Assembly (NCBI GenBank): GCA_002366715.1
Contig: DFBS01000008.1
Span: forward strand, 103,282 to 167,281
DNA from: Halomonas sp. UBA3074
GTDB lineage: Bacteria; Pseudomonadota; Gammaproteobacteria; Pseudomonadales; Halomonadaceae
DNA: 64,000 nucleotides
Direction: 5' to 3'
Shown here: positions 37,365 through 46,552 of the stretch, in pieces
Position numbering within the stretch: the first letter of the stretch is position 1
Layout: each line of letters starts with the position of its first letter
Notes under the pieces: generated by a model
Told to the model about the DNA's origin: nothing
Databases searched by the model: none
The model's input: only the letters and a program-made list of their open reading frames with translations
Made by a program: the position numbers and the translations under genes

Positions 37365-38537
37365 TTAATAAGCGGCGTGGTAAATCGCCTCAACATCCGC
37401 AAGCGTTAATACCCGCGGGTTATTACGCAGCAAACGTTCCACCTTAATGGCCTCGGCGGCCAACTCAGGAATGGCGGATTCAGGAATATCAAACGAGCGT
37501 AAACCGGAAGGAATCTCCACATCAGCACACAGCTTATGCATGCGCTGGATAACCGCTTGGGCGACAGCATCATCCGAAAGCCCAGCCACGGGTTCATCAA
37601 AGGCCACCGCAATGCCCCGAAAGCGCTCGACGCAGGCCAGCTTGTTCCACTCCATTACGAAGGGCAGTAACAGCGCATTCGTCACCCCATGGGCCAAGTG
37701 GTAGCGCCCACCTAACGGATACGCCAATGCATGGACTGCGCCCACGCCAGCATTACCAAAGGCAAGGCCTGCCAGCAGGCTACCGGTGGCCATATCTTCA
37801 CGGGCCTGGAGATTGTTGGGATTGGCAAACGCCTTGGGGAGCGAATGCACAATGAGGTTCATTGCCTTAACCGCCAGTGCATCGGTAATCGGCGTGGCAA
37901 AGTTAGATAGATACGCCTCCACTGCATGGACTAACGCATCCACCCCGCTGGCCGCTGTCACAGAACGTGGGCAACTCAACGTAAGCTCAGGGGCGACAAT
38001 CGCGACATCCGGTAACAAGCAGTCACTGACGATGCCCTTTTTCATCTGTTGGGCTTTATCCGACAGAATCGCGATATTGGTCACTTCAGAACCGGTGCCC
38101 GCCGTGGTGGGCATGGCGATCAAAGGTATTGTGCGTTGGTCAACCTTGTTCTCGCCAAACAACGCCTCCAGCGGACCTTCGTAGTGCGCATATACCGCTA
38201 CACACTTAGCGATGTCCATGGCACTCCCGCCGCCTACAGCGATGACGCTGTCGTGCTTGCCAGCATTGAAAGCACGGGTGCACATTTCGACTATTTCTAC
38301 TTCCGGCTCGGGCGTTACCTGATCAAACACCTCATAGGTCACCTTTAGTGCCGTGAGCTGCTCAGTAATCATATCCAGCGTGCCTGAAGCCACCACACCA
38401 CTATCGGTAACGATTAAGGGGCGCTGCATACCCAACGATTGAACATAAGGCTGCAACTGCTGAGCGGCCCCATGGCCGGTAATCAGCTTCCCGGCGCTTT
38501 TAAAGCTACTCACTTGATTAAAGCTAGTTAACTGCAT
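37365..38537 (-). CDS. iron-containing (group III) alcohol dehydrogenase; candidate 4-hydroxybutyrate dehydrogenase
   Basis: GGGSAMDIAK, PTTAGTGSEVT and the metal-binding His cluster (DALVHAVEAY..HALAYPLGGRYHLAHG). Start at ATG 38537 with AGGAAG upstream. Confidence 0.85.
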   Translation of the reverse strand: MQLTSFNQVSSFKSAGKLITGHGAAQQLQPYVQSLGMQRPLIVTDSGVVASGTLDMITEQLTALKVTYEVFDQVTPEPEVEIVEMCTRAFNAGKHDSVIAVGGGSAMDIAKCVAVYAHYEGPLEALFGENKVDQRTIPLIAMPTTAGTGSEVTNIAILSDKAQQMKKGIVSDCLLPDVAIVAPELTLSCPRSVTAASGVDALVHAVEAYLSNFATPITDALAVKAMNLIVHSLPKAFANPNNLQAREDMATGSLLAGLAFGNAGVGAVHALAYPLGGRYHLAHGVTNALLLPFVMEWNKLACVERFRGIAVAFDEPVAGLSDDAVAQAVIQRMHKLCADVEIPSGLRSFDIPESAIPELAAEAIKVERLLRNNPRVLTLADVEAIYHAAY

Positions 38538-38619
38538 ATGGCGCTTCCTATTAGCTTTTATTGGTGGTTTTACCAGCTCAATTATCAAACCGAGAATAAC
38601 GCTGGCTATTTTTTACTTA

Positions 38620-38634
38620 GCAAACGCCATGCCA
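38620..38634 (-). promoter_or_regulatory. sigma-54 (-24/-12) promoter TGGCAT-N5-TTGC upstream of the Fe-ADH gene
   Basis: Minus strand reads TGGCATGGCGTTTGC(T), with GG and GC correctly spaced, 83 bp upstream of ATG 38537. A sigma-54 activator is encoded in the same cluster. Confidence 0.8.
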
Positions 38635-38943
38635 ACCAAAAAAAACAAACAACCAACTGATTTAATTGATAAAAAAATTAAAGATAAAATCATGCAGGTA
38701 TATGGGATGCAAAAAATCATCGAATAGCGACATTTTGATGACTTAATTCATCAACGTAACCACATATTGGCCCGAGCAAGGTAACTACGCCCTTCAAACA
38801 AACATGTCAGATATTTTTATCGCTATGCGATAAATAATAACTCTTGCCGATAAATAAAACTCACCTAGGCTCTGAAATGACGTTACCGAATAGCTTTTAA
38901 CAAGGCGTAAATAACAATCCCCAACACTCTCAATGGTGACCCA

Positions 38944-39732
38944 ATGAAACGCACATCCAACAGCCAACCTCTTCTTCACTTTAAAAAAGCGATGCTGTTA
39001 CCGGCGGTACTGGGCGCAGCCTTATCGCTTGGTGCTACTACGGCAAACGCACAGGAAGTGCTAAAAGCAGGCGGAACGCCAAGCGGGATTCCGTTTACGT
39101 TCCTGGACGTGCAAACCAATGAGATCACCGGCGCGATGGTCGATCTGGTCAATGCACTGGGCGAAGATATGGGCTATGAGGTCACTATTCAGGAGTCTCA
39201 GTTCAACGCCTTGATACCCTCGCTGACCGCTGGGCATATCGACATAATTTCCGCCGCAATGCTGAAGACCGAAGAGCGCGCCAAACAGGTCGCGTTCAGC
39301 GATGATGTCTACCCCTATGGCGAAGGGGTCGTTACCCGTCAGGACTACGATGGCGAGATCAACACACTGGAAGACCTCTCAGGCGAAGTGACTGGCGCCC
39401 AGGTCGGTACCACCTACGTCGAACAGCTCAACAACATGGGCATTTTTCCAGAGATCCGCAATTACGACTCTTGGGCAGACATGATGCGTGACATCTCGTT
39501 AGGCCGCATCGTGGCGGGTGTCGGTGATGCCCCCATCATGAGCTACCACCTCAGCCAAGACCGCTTTCCAGAACTCCAGCTAGCAGACAACTACGAGCAG
39601 GAAATGGTTGGCCATATCGGCTTTGCGGTTGACCAGGAAAACACCGAACTGCTGGAACAAGTGAACACCTCGCTTGCTCACCTGAAAGAGAATGGCACTC
39701 TCGATGCCATCTTCGAAGAGTGGGGCTTGTAA
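38944..39732 (+). CDS. amino-acid ABC transporter substrate-binding protein (polar amino acid/opine type)
   Basis: Signal peptide LLPAVLGAALSLGATTANAQ. Family-3 SBP motifs (PFTF.D....GA.VDL, ALIPSLTAGHIDIISAAM). Confidence 0.85.
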   Translation: MKRTSNSQPLLHFKKAMLLPAVLGAALSLGATTANAQEVLKAGGTPSGIPFTFLDVQTNEITGAMVDLVNALGEDMGYEVTIQESQFNALIPSLTAGHIDIISAAMLKTEERAKQVAFSDDVYPYGEGVVTRQDYDGEINTLEDLSGEVTGAQVGTTYVEQLNNMGIFPEIRNYDSWADMMRDISLGRIVAGVGDAPIMSYHLSQDRFPELQLADNYEQEMVGHIGFAVDQENTELLEQVNTSLAHLKENGTLDAIFEEWGL

Positions 39733-39852
39733 ACCACACCCAGGTAACCCACCGGCAGCGTTAACGAAACAGCCTGCTAATGATCACCCCAGCACTGCTT
39801 CACTGCCTCTTCGGGGGTAGTTGAAGAAGTGCATGCAAAATAAAGGCTTCCC

Positions 39853-40518
39853 ATGGAGTTTTCGGACATCACCGCCTTTCTACCCATTCTATTAAAAGGT
39901 GCTCTGATTACGGTGCAGATCACCATTGGCGCCCTACTGCTAAGCACCCTGCTCGGCCTGCTCTTAGCCCTGATGAAGCTCTCGCCCGTGCGGGCGCTGT
40001 CGCTCACTGCAGGCACCTTCATCAATGTGGTGCGCGGCCTACCGATTATCGTTCAACTGTTTTATATCTACTTCGTACTCCCCGAACTCGGCATACAACT
40101 TAGCGCCTTCCAGGCAAGTATTATCGGGCTTGGCGTCGCCTATAGCGCCTACCAGGCGGAAAACTTCCGCGCCGGTATCGAAGCGATTGAAGCAGGGCAA
40201 ATTGAAGCCGCCAGATCCATCGGCATGAAAAGCAAGCTCATCATGCGCCGCGTCGTACTGCCCCAGGCGATACGCATTGCGCTGCCACCCTATGGCAATA
40301 CGGCCGTCATGATTCTGAAAGACTCATCGCTAGCCTCCACCATCACTGTCGCCGAAATGACCCGGGCCGGGCAGTTAATTGCCGCCTCCACCTTTCAGAA
40401 CACCACGGTCTACACTCTGGTCGCCCTGCTCTACCTCTGCCTTAGCCTACCGCTGATTTTTGGGGTTAACCGCCTAGAGCGCTATTTCGGAAAGTCGGCG
40501 AAAGGAGGTAAAGCATGA
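39853..40518 (+). CDS. amino-acid ABC transporter permease (His/Glu/Gln/Arg/opine family)
   Basis: 221 aa with EAA-type loop EAARSIGM.....RRVVLPQA. Confidence 0.9.
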   Translation: MEFSDITAFLPILLKGALITVQITIGALLLSTLLGLLLALMKLSPVRALSLTAGTFINVVRGLPIIVQLFYIYFVLPELGIQLSAFQASIIGLGVAYSAYQAENFRAGIEAIEAGQIEAARSIGMKSKLIMRRVVLPQAIRIALPPYGNTAVMILKDSSLASTITVAEMTRAGQLIAASTFQNTTVYTLVALLYLCLSLPLIFGVNRLERYFGKSAKGGKA

Positions 40519-41243
40519 TCAACATCAACGCTATTCACAAATCCTTCGGCGACGTAGAAGTGCTCAAGGGGGTCAGCCTAACGGTCGCCAAGGGAGAAGT
40601 GGTGTGTCTGATTGGCCCCTCGGGCTCTGGCAAATCGACGGTGCTTCGCTGTATCAACGGGCTGGAGTCCTATGACCAAGGCAGCATTACGATCAACGAC
40701 CGTCAGGTTGATGTGGCCAGCAAGGATATAAACGACCTGCGCACCCAAGTCGGCATGGTTTTCCAGCGCTTCAACCTGTTCCCCCACCGCACGGTGGTCG
40801 AAAACGTGATGGAAGGGCCGATCTTCGTCAAAAACGAACCCCGTGAAACCGCCCACGCCAACGCCATCGCGCTGTTGGAGAAAGTCGGGCTGGGTGACAA
40901 AGTCGAAGCCTACCCGCAGCAGCTATCCGGCGGCCAACAGCAGCGTGTCGCCATTGCCCGCGCCCTGGCCATGCAACCGGAAGCCATTCTGTTCGATGAA
41001 CCCACCTCCGCCCTCGACCCCGAACTGGTGGGCGATGTGTTAATCGTCATGCGCGACCTGGCCAATGAAGGCATGACCATGGTGGTCGTCACCCATGAAA
41101 TGGGCTTTGCCAAGGAAGTCGCCGACCGCGTCTGCTTTTTGTATGGCGGACAGATTGTCGAATCCGGCGATGCCCACACGCTGCTTACCCAGCCTACCCA
41201 CGAGCGCACCCAGGATTTCCTGCGTCGTGTGCTAAACCATTAA
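40515..41243 (+). CDS. amino-acid ABC transporter ATP-binding protein
   Basis: [42 protein letters not shown]. Confidence 0.95.
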   Translation: MININAIHKSFGDVEVLKGVSLTVAKGEVVCLIGPSGSGKSTVLRCINGLESYDQGSITINDRQVDVASKDINDLRTQVGMVFQRFNLFPHRTVVENVMEGPIFVKNEPRETAHANAIALLEKVGLGDKVEAYPQQLSGGQQQRVAIARALAMQPEAILFDEPTSALDPELVGDVLIVMRDLANEGMTMVVVTHEMGFAKEVADRVCFLYGGQIVESGDAHTLLTQPTHERTQDFLRRVLNH

Positions 41244-41255
41244 CGGAGACCAAGG

Positions 41256-42548
41256 ATGGCAAACTCATCTCATATGCCCCCCTCCCTGTGGGCTGACACA
41301 GCCTCCGCGGGCAGAGACTACCCAGCGTTGCAGGGCGCTCAGCGCAGCGATGTGGTGATCATCGGCGGCGGTTTTACCGGCCTTTCCGCCGCCCTGGCCC
41401 TCGCCAAGCGCGGCATCAGCACAGTGTTACTGGAAGCCGAAAGCATCGGCTGGGGCGCCTCCGGCCGTAACGGCGGCCAAGTCATCCCCGGCCTCAAATA
41501 CGACCCGGATGAACTGATCACACGCTATGGCGAAGAACGCGGAGAACGCATGATCGCGCTCTCAGCCCACAATGCCGATGTGGTGTTTGACCTGATAAAG
41601 CAGCACAACATTGACTGCGACGCCCAACAGCGCGGCTGGATTCAACCCGCCGTTACCCACGCCAGCCTGAAAGCGATTGAATCCCGCGCCCGCCAATGGC
41701 AATCACGCGGCGTAGAGATCGCCTGGTTAAACCAGCAGCAGTGCGCGGAGCGTCTCGGCACCTCAGAGTATCTTGGCGGCTGGGTAGACCCCAGGGCCGG
41801 CGGGCTAAATCCGCTCGCCTACGCCCGCGGGCTGGCACAGGCAGCGCATGAACATGGAGCAAGGCTGCATGAACACACCCGCGTCACCTCGCTGACCCGC
41901 ACCGAAGGGCGCTGGCGCGTCACGGCGGAAGGCGGTACGGAAATTCAGGCAGAACGGGTTCTACTCTGCACCAACGGCTACAGCGACGCCCTGCAACCCA
42001 AGCTTGCCAGCAGCCTGATCGCCGCCAACAGTTATCAGATCGCCACCCGCCCCCTCACGGCAGAGGAAGGCAGCCAAATATTGCCCGGAGGCGAAGTGGC
42101 GTCGGATGCCCGCAAGCTGCTGCTCTATTTTCGCCGCGACCGAGACGGCCGCCTGCTGATGGGCGGTCGAGGCTCCTTCAACGACCCGCGTAAGCCCAAC
42201 GACTTTCGGCACCTCGAAAACGCCATTATCAAACTCTACCCACAGCTAAAGGACGTAGAGATCGCCTTTCGCTGGGCAGGCCGTATCGCCATCACCCAGG
42301 ATTCGCTTCCACATGTACACGAACCCCAGCCAGGGCTCACCGTGGCGCTGGGCTATAACGGCCGAGGTGTTGCCATGGGTAGCCATCTGGGTAAATTACT
42401 GGGAGAACACCTCGGTGAACATTCGCTGGAGGAAGCCCTACCTTTTCCCATAACCCCCATCAAGCCGATTCCCCTGCACGGCCTACAAAGGCTGTATGTT
42501 GAAACGGTGGTCAATTACTATCGGGCCAGAGACTGGCTGGAGCGCTAA
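41256..42548 (+). CDS. FAD-dependent oxidoreductase (DAO family; gamma-glutamylputrescine oxidase PuuB-like amine oxidase)
   Basis: Dinucleotide fold DVVIIGGGFTGLSAALALAKRG and WGASGRNGGQV; 430 aa. Confidence 0.8.
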   Translation: MANSSHMPPSLWADTASAGRDYPALQGAQRSDVVIIGGGFTGLSAALALAKRGISTVLLEAESIGWGASGRNGGQVIPGLKYDPDELITRYGEERGERMIALSAHNADVVFDLIKQHNIDCDAQQRGWIQPAVTHASLKAIESRARQWQSRGVEIAWLNQQQCAERLGTSEYLGGWVDPRAGGLNPLAYARGLAQAAHEHGARLHEHTRVTSLTRTEGRWRVTAEGGTEIQAERVLLCTNGYSDALQPKLASSLIAANSYQIATRPLTAEEGSQILPGGEVASDARKLLLYFRRDRDGRLLMGGRGSFNDPRKPNDFRHLENAIIKLYPQLKDVEIAFRWAGRIAITQDSLPHVHEPQPGLTVALGYNGRGVAMGSHLGKLLGEHLGEHSLEEALPFPITPIKPIPLHGLQRLYVETVVNYYRARDWLER

Positions 42549-42644
42549 ACCGCCCAGACGCTTCCACACCAACACACAAGATGTTGATACGCTCCCCTTG
42601 CGGCCTCGCCCCCAAGGGGAACACGTAAGGAACCCTATAAAAGC

Positions 42645-43439
42645 ATGAAGCACGCCAACGCCAACGAACCACGCTCGCCGCAGTTCAATCAATCCCTTGC
42701 GAAAGCGTTTGACCTGCTTGAGCTGTTTGACGCCCAGCACAGCGAGCTCAGCCTCTCAGAAATCGCCAAGTTTTCAGGGTTGAGCATGGGCTCGGTGCAG
42801 CGCATCACCCACTCGCTCGAACAGCTCGGCTACCTGGTCAAAGCCCCCTCCAGCCGCAAATACCGGCTCGGCATCCGCCTGATGACCCTCTCCGCCAACT
42901 ATTTGGAAGCCGATTTACTGGTCGATTGCGCCAACCCCTACCTCTCGGAACTGAGCAACAGCTGCCTGGAAACCGTGTCGCTCACCGAACCCTGCGGGCT
43001 CGATATGATCTACATGGCCCGTTTTACCAGCCGCCACTACATTCCCATTCATATGCCGGTGGGCAGCAGCGTGCCAATGTACTGCTCCGCCTCCGGAAGA
43101 GCATACTTATCGGCGATGGACGACACCCGCGTTCACGACTATTTAACCGCCTGTGAGCTAAAGGCCCATACGCCCAATACGATTACCGATATCGACACCC
43201 TTAGCGAGCTGATCCGTGAATGCCGCTCACGCGGGGTCGCCTGGAACGACGCCGAATACTTTCTCGGCGATATCAATATTGCCGCGCCGATACGCAACGC
43301 TGCGGGTACTCCCGTCGCTGCCGTGCACATCACCACCCCTAGCAGCCGGTGGACCCTCGACCGCGCCCTGGAACAGCTCGCGCCCTCGTTAATGGAGTGT
43401 GCCCGCGCCATTACCAAAGCGGCCCGCATGCGTAGCTAA
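42645..43439 (+). CDS. IclR family transcriptional regulator
   Basis: N-terminal wHTH (SLAKAFDLLELF....LSLSEIAKFSGLSMGSVQRITHSLEQLGYL) followed by an effector-binding domain. Confidence 0.9.
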   Translation: MKHANANEPRSPQFNQSLAKAFDLLELFDAQHSELSLSEIAKFSGLSMGSVQRITHSLEQLGYLVKAPSSRKYRLGIRLMTLSANYLEADLLVDCANPYLSELSNSCLETVSLTEPCGLDMIYMARFTSRHYIPIHMPVGSSVPMYCSASGRAYLSAMDDTRVHDYLTACELKAHTPNTITDIDTLSELIRECRSRGVAWNDAEYFLGDINIAAPIRNAAGTPVAAVHITTPSSRWTLDRALEQLAPSLMECARAITKAARMRS

Positions 43440-43687
43440 AACTATTGATTACGCCGAATATTTTTAGCATCACCTTATACCTCGGGGAAACAAAATAAAC
43501 TTATAAAAACTCAATGAGAAATCAAAGGAACTGATTGATTAAATCAATGCCCGTAAGTAAGTACCTTTATTATGCAGAGGCGCTCAGTTTGTACTAGAGT
43601 GGTCCTGTATTAGAAATAGACCGGTCGATTAAGCGTCCAGGAGCTGGACGTCATGACCAACACATTGATCTATAGATAGGAGATCTT

Positions 43688-45070
43688 ATGAGCAACAGCA
43701 TCACGACGATTAACCCGACTAACGGTGAAGCACTCGATACTTACGCACTCATGAGCAGTGTTGAAGCCAAGCAAGTAGTCGATGCCTGCTACGATGCTTT
43801 TCTCGATTGGCGCCTGGAGTCACTCGAAAGCCGCGCCAAAACGGTGAAGGCGATTGGCCAAGCGATGCAAGCGCACAAAGAAGAGCTTGCCGACCTTATG
43901 GTCAAAGAGATGGGCAAACTGCCTTCTCAAGCGCGCCAGGAAGTCGATTTGTGTACCGCTATTTGTGACTACACCGCTGAACACGGCCCTAAGAAGCTAG
44001 CCGATGAAGAGCGTCAGCCGGGTAATGGTGAGCGTGGCTTTGTGACCTATTCACCCATGGGCGTCATTTACGGCATCCAGCCCTGGAACTTCCCCGCTTA
44101 TCAAGTCGTTCGCTACTCTATCGCCAATATCATGGCGGGTAACGGCGTCCTGCTGAAGCACGCAGAAAACGTGACAGGTAGCGGCCTGCTGTTGGAAAAA
44201 ATCTATCGTGAAGCAGGACTTCCCGAGAACGTTTTCCGCACACTCGTGATCTCTCATGACACTTCTGACGAAGTCATCGCTCACTCTGCAGTGCGCGGTG
44301 TTACGCTCACAGGCAGCGACGGCGCGGGTCGCAAAGTGGCTGCTAAAGCCGCTGAGCACCTCAAAAAGACTGTGCTTGAGCTGGGCTCTAACGATGCCTA
44401 CCTGGTGCTTGATGATGCCGACATGGATGTGGCGATCGACACCTGCGTTCAGGGGCGTGTCTACAACGGCGGTCAAACCTGTGTGGCGGCCAAGCGGTTT
44501 GTAGTGACTGAAAAGAACTATGAAGCGTTCAAAGAGCGCTACGTAGAGCGCATGCAGTCGCTAAAAGCGGGTGATCCGACCCAAGAAGGTAGCGACCTTG
44601 GCCCCATGGCCCGCGTTGACTTGCGCGATGGTCTTCACGACCAAGTGGAAGAGAGCGTTCGCAAAGGCGCAAAGATTCTCTGCGGTGGTGAAAAGCCATC
44701 CGGTAAAGGCGCATTTTATCCGGTCACCGTGCTGGATAACGTGACCCCCGGTCAGCCAGCATACGACGACGAACTGTTTGGACCGGTTGCCGCCCTGATT
44801 CGCGCCAAAGATGATGAAGATGCAATGCGTATCGCCAACGACAGCCGTTATGGCCTGGGCGGGGGCATCATCTCTAAAGACGTTAAGCGCGCAACAGAGC
44901 TTGCCAGCAAGTACTTCGATACTGGCATGGTGTTTATCAACGGCTTTGGTGTCGCTACACCGGAGATGCCCTTCGGTGGTGTTAAAGACTCCGGTTACGG
45001 TCGTGAACACGGCGGCTTTGGCATGCTTGAGTTCGTCAATGCCAAATCAGTTATCGTCGTTCAAGAGTAA
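43688..45070 (+). CDS. NAD(P)-dependent aldehyde dehydrogenase, YneI/Sad-like succinate-semialdehyde dehydrogenase
   Basis: 460 aa, collinear with E. coli YneI as I recall it: IQPWNFPAYQV, LLKHAENV, catalytic GGQTCVAAKRFVV, LGPMARVDLRDGLHDQVEES, ELFGPVAA, FGGVKDSGYGRE. AGGAG lies 6 nt upstream of the ATG. Confidence 0.85.
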   Translation: MSNSITTINPTNGEALDTYALMSSVEAKQVVDACYDAFLDWRLESLESRAKTVKAIGQAMQAHKEELADLMVKEMGKLPSQARQEVDLCTAICDYTAEHGPKKLADEERQPGNGERGFVTYSPMGVIYGIQPWNFPAYQVVRYSIANIMAGNGVLLKHAENVTGSGLLLEKIYREAGLPENVFRTLVISHDTSDEVIAHSAVRGVTLTGSDGAGRKVAAKAAEHLKKTVLELGSNDAYLVLDDADMDVAIDTCVQGRVYNGGQTCVAAKRFVVTEKNYEAFKERYVERMQSLKAGDPTQEGSDLGPMARVDLRDGLHDQVEESVRKGAKILCGGEKPSGKGAFYPVTVLDNVTPGQPAYDDELFGPVAALIRAKDDEDAMRIANDSRYGLGGGIISKDVKRATELASKYFDTGMVFINGFGVATPEMPFGGVKDSGYGREHGGFGMLEFVNAKSVIVVQE

Positions 45071-45121
45071 TACGGTGAGCAACCGCAACAACATGCTGTG
45101 AGTTGTGAGTTGTAAAAAACT

Positions 45122-45158
45122 AACGCCGCAGGCCTTCATCAGGCCTGCGGCGTTTTTG
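45122..45158 (+). terminator. rho-independent terminator after the YneI-like gene
   Basis: 13-bp perfect stem AACGCCGCAGGCC / GGCCTGCGGCGTT with 7-nt loop, then TTTG. Confidence 0.8.
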
Positions 45159-45183
45159 TTGTGCGTATGATTAAGAGCTTAGA

Positions 45184-45672
45184 TTAAGAGCTTAAATGTT
45201 GTTCAGACGCTCGGCGCTGCCATAGCTTTATGCCTATCGCCATAATCACCCACGTTATCAACGCTGCGACAACATCGTCTAAAACAATACCGAAACCGCC
45301 ATGCACAAACTCAGTTAGATGAATCGGCGGTGGTTTTAACGCATCAAAGAAGCGGTAAACACCAAACCCAAGCGCCATTACCACGGGATGACGCGCTGCC
45401 GCTAAGCCAATAACCGCAAGCGGAAAGGCTACATACTCGTCGGCGACAATACTGCCATGATCCAACCCATCATAATGCCAGGCGGCAACGTGGCAAACCG
45501 GCACTGCCAGCACCAACAGAACCGCCATTACGATCCCTTGCTGACCCACCGGGCGGCCTAATAACCACCACGCCAAGGGAATCCCCAACAAAGAACCAAA
45601 CGTACCGGGCGCAATCGGTGCTAGGCCTAGTCCAAAGCCCGTCGCCAACCAAAAATTAAACGTATCCAGCAT
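45184..45672 (-). CDS. pgpA: phosphatidylglycerophosphatase A
   Basis: GFGLGLAPIAPGTFGSLLG, IVADEYVAFPL, FRFFDALKPPPI, GFGIVLDDVVAA. Confidence 0.9.
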   Translation of the reverse strand: MLDTFNFWLATGFGLGLAPIAPGTFGSLLGIPLAWWLLGRPVGQQGIVMAVLLVLAVPVCHVAAWHYDGLDHGSIVADEYVAFPLAVIGLAAARHPVVMALGFGVYRFFDALKPPPIHLTEFVHGGFGIVLDDVVAALITWVIMAIGIKLWQRRASEQHLSS

Positions 45673-46415
45673 TAACCCGCCTGCTCAGCTTGACGCTCAA
45701 GTTCGGCAGTCATCTCTTTAGGTAAGTTAAGGGCACTGGCTAGCTGGTCCAGCCAAGCGCGTTCCATAGGGTTTTGATCGTCGGTCACTGCCACACTAAT
45801 CAGGTACATCTCGCGTGCCGCCTGAGGGGAATCTGCTTCACGGGCCAGGGCTTGTGCATCCAGGGGTGCTTTTAACTGCTTTTCCACCCAGTTGTGCATC
45901 TCTTGATCGGCACCTAAGGCATCGATCTGCTCGGTGATCAACGCCTGTTCCTGCTCATCAATGTGACCATCGGCACGTGCCGCCATAATCATTGCTTGCA
46001 GTAGTTCCAGGCTGCGACGCTCTTGGATCTCACCGCTGAGCACTTCAACCCGTTCGCCCTCTGAGGCATTTTGAGCAGTATTTTGCTGCCCACTGTCAGT
46101 TTTTGCCGCCTGAGAGCTTTGCCATGCTTTCCACGCCAGCATGCCTACCCCGGCAATCGCGCCATATTTTAGCGCTTTGCCACCCATGCTGCGGCCGCGC
46201 TTAGAGCCCACTAACATCCCCATGGCACCGCCACCGAGCAGGCTTTTAACATCAAAACCACCGGATGAGCTGCTTCCTTGGCCACTACTACCGCCGCCTA
46301 ATTGCTTAGAAAGCCCACTCAGGATGCCTTTAACATCGACACCGCTGCTGCTACCGCCCTTCTGGCTACCGCCGGCTTGCTGCATCAGCTGCTGTAAAAT
46401 CTTGCTTGCGTTCAT
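45672..46415 (-). CDS. DUF533 / TerB-like (YebE family) membrane-associated protein
   Basis: Gly/Ser-rich N-terminus, one TM segment (YGAIAGVGMLAWKAW), C-terminal TerB-like domain LLQAMIMAARADGHIDEQE. TAATG overlap with the pgpA start. Confidence 0.75.
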   Translation of the reverse strand: MNASKILQQLMQQAGGSQKGGSSSGVDVKGILSGLSKQLGGGSSGQGSSSSGGFDVKSLLGGGAMGMLVGSKRGRSMGGKALKYGAIAGVGMLAWKAWQSSQAAKTDSGQQNTAQNASEGERVEVLSGEIQERRSLELLQAMIMAARADGHIDEQEQALITEQIDALGADQEMHNWVEKQLKAPLDAQALAREADSPQAAREMYLISVAVTDDQNPMERAWLDQLASALNLPKEMTAELERQAEQAG

Positions 46416-46552
46416 CCTTGTACTCCTAAGTCAGTATTATCTTTAGAGCGATAGATTCGATTCGTTCTCTTTATAAAACATTCTGTATGAACGCAGCATG
46501 AACTAACGCTGGCTTGGGCTTTAGATACCTTGGTCTTTAAATGCCTGAGGCA

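Noticed and set aside
38794-38979. 61-aa minus-strand ORF in the AT-rich intergenic region.
   Set aside because: Its codon usage is unlike the rest of the window, it has no RBS, and it overlaps the start of the ABC binding-protein gene. It is most likely a chance ORF in AT-rich regulatory DNA.
45098-45113. Short tandem TGTGAGT x2.3 just after the YneI-like stop codon.
   Set aside because: With only about two copies it is within chance expectation. It is noted only for its resemblance to the 26.8-kb heptamer unit.
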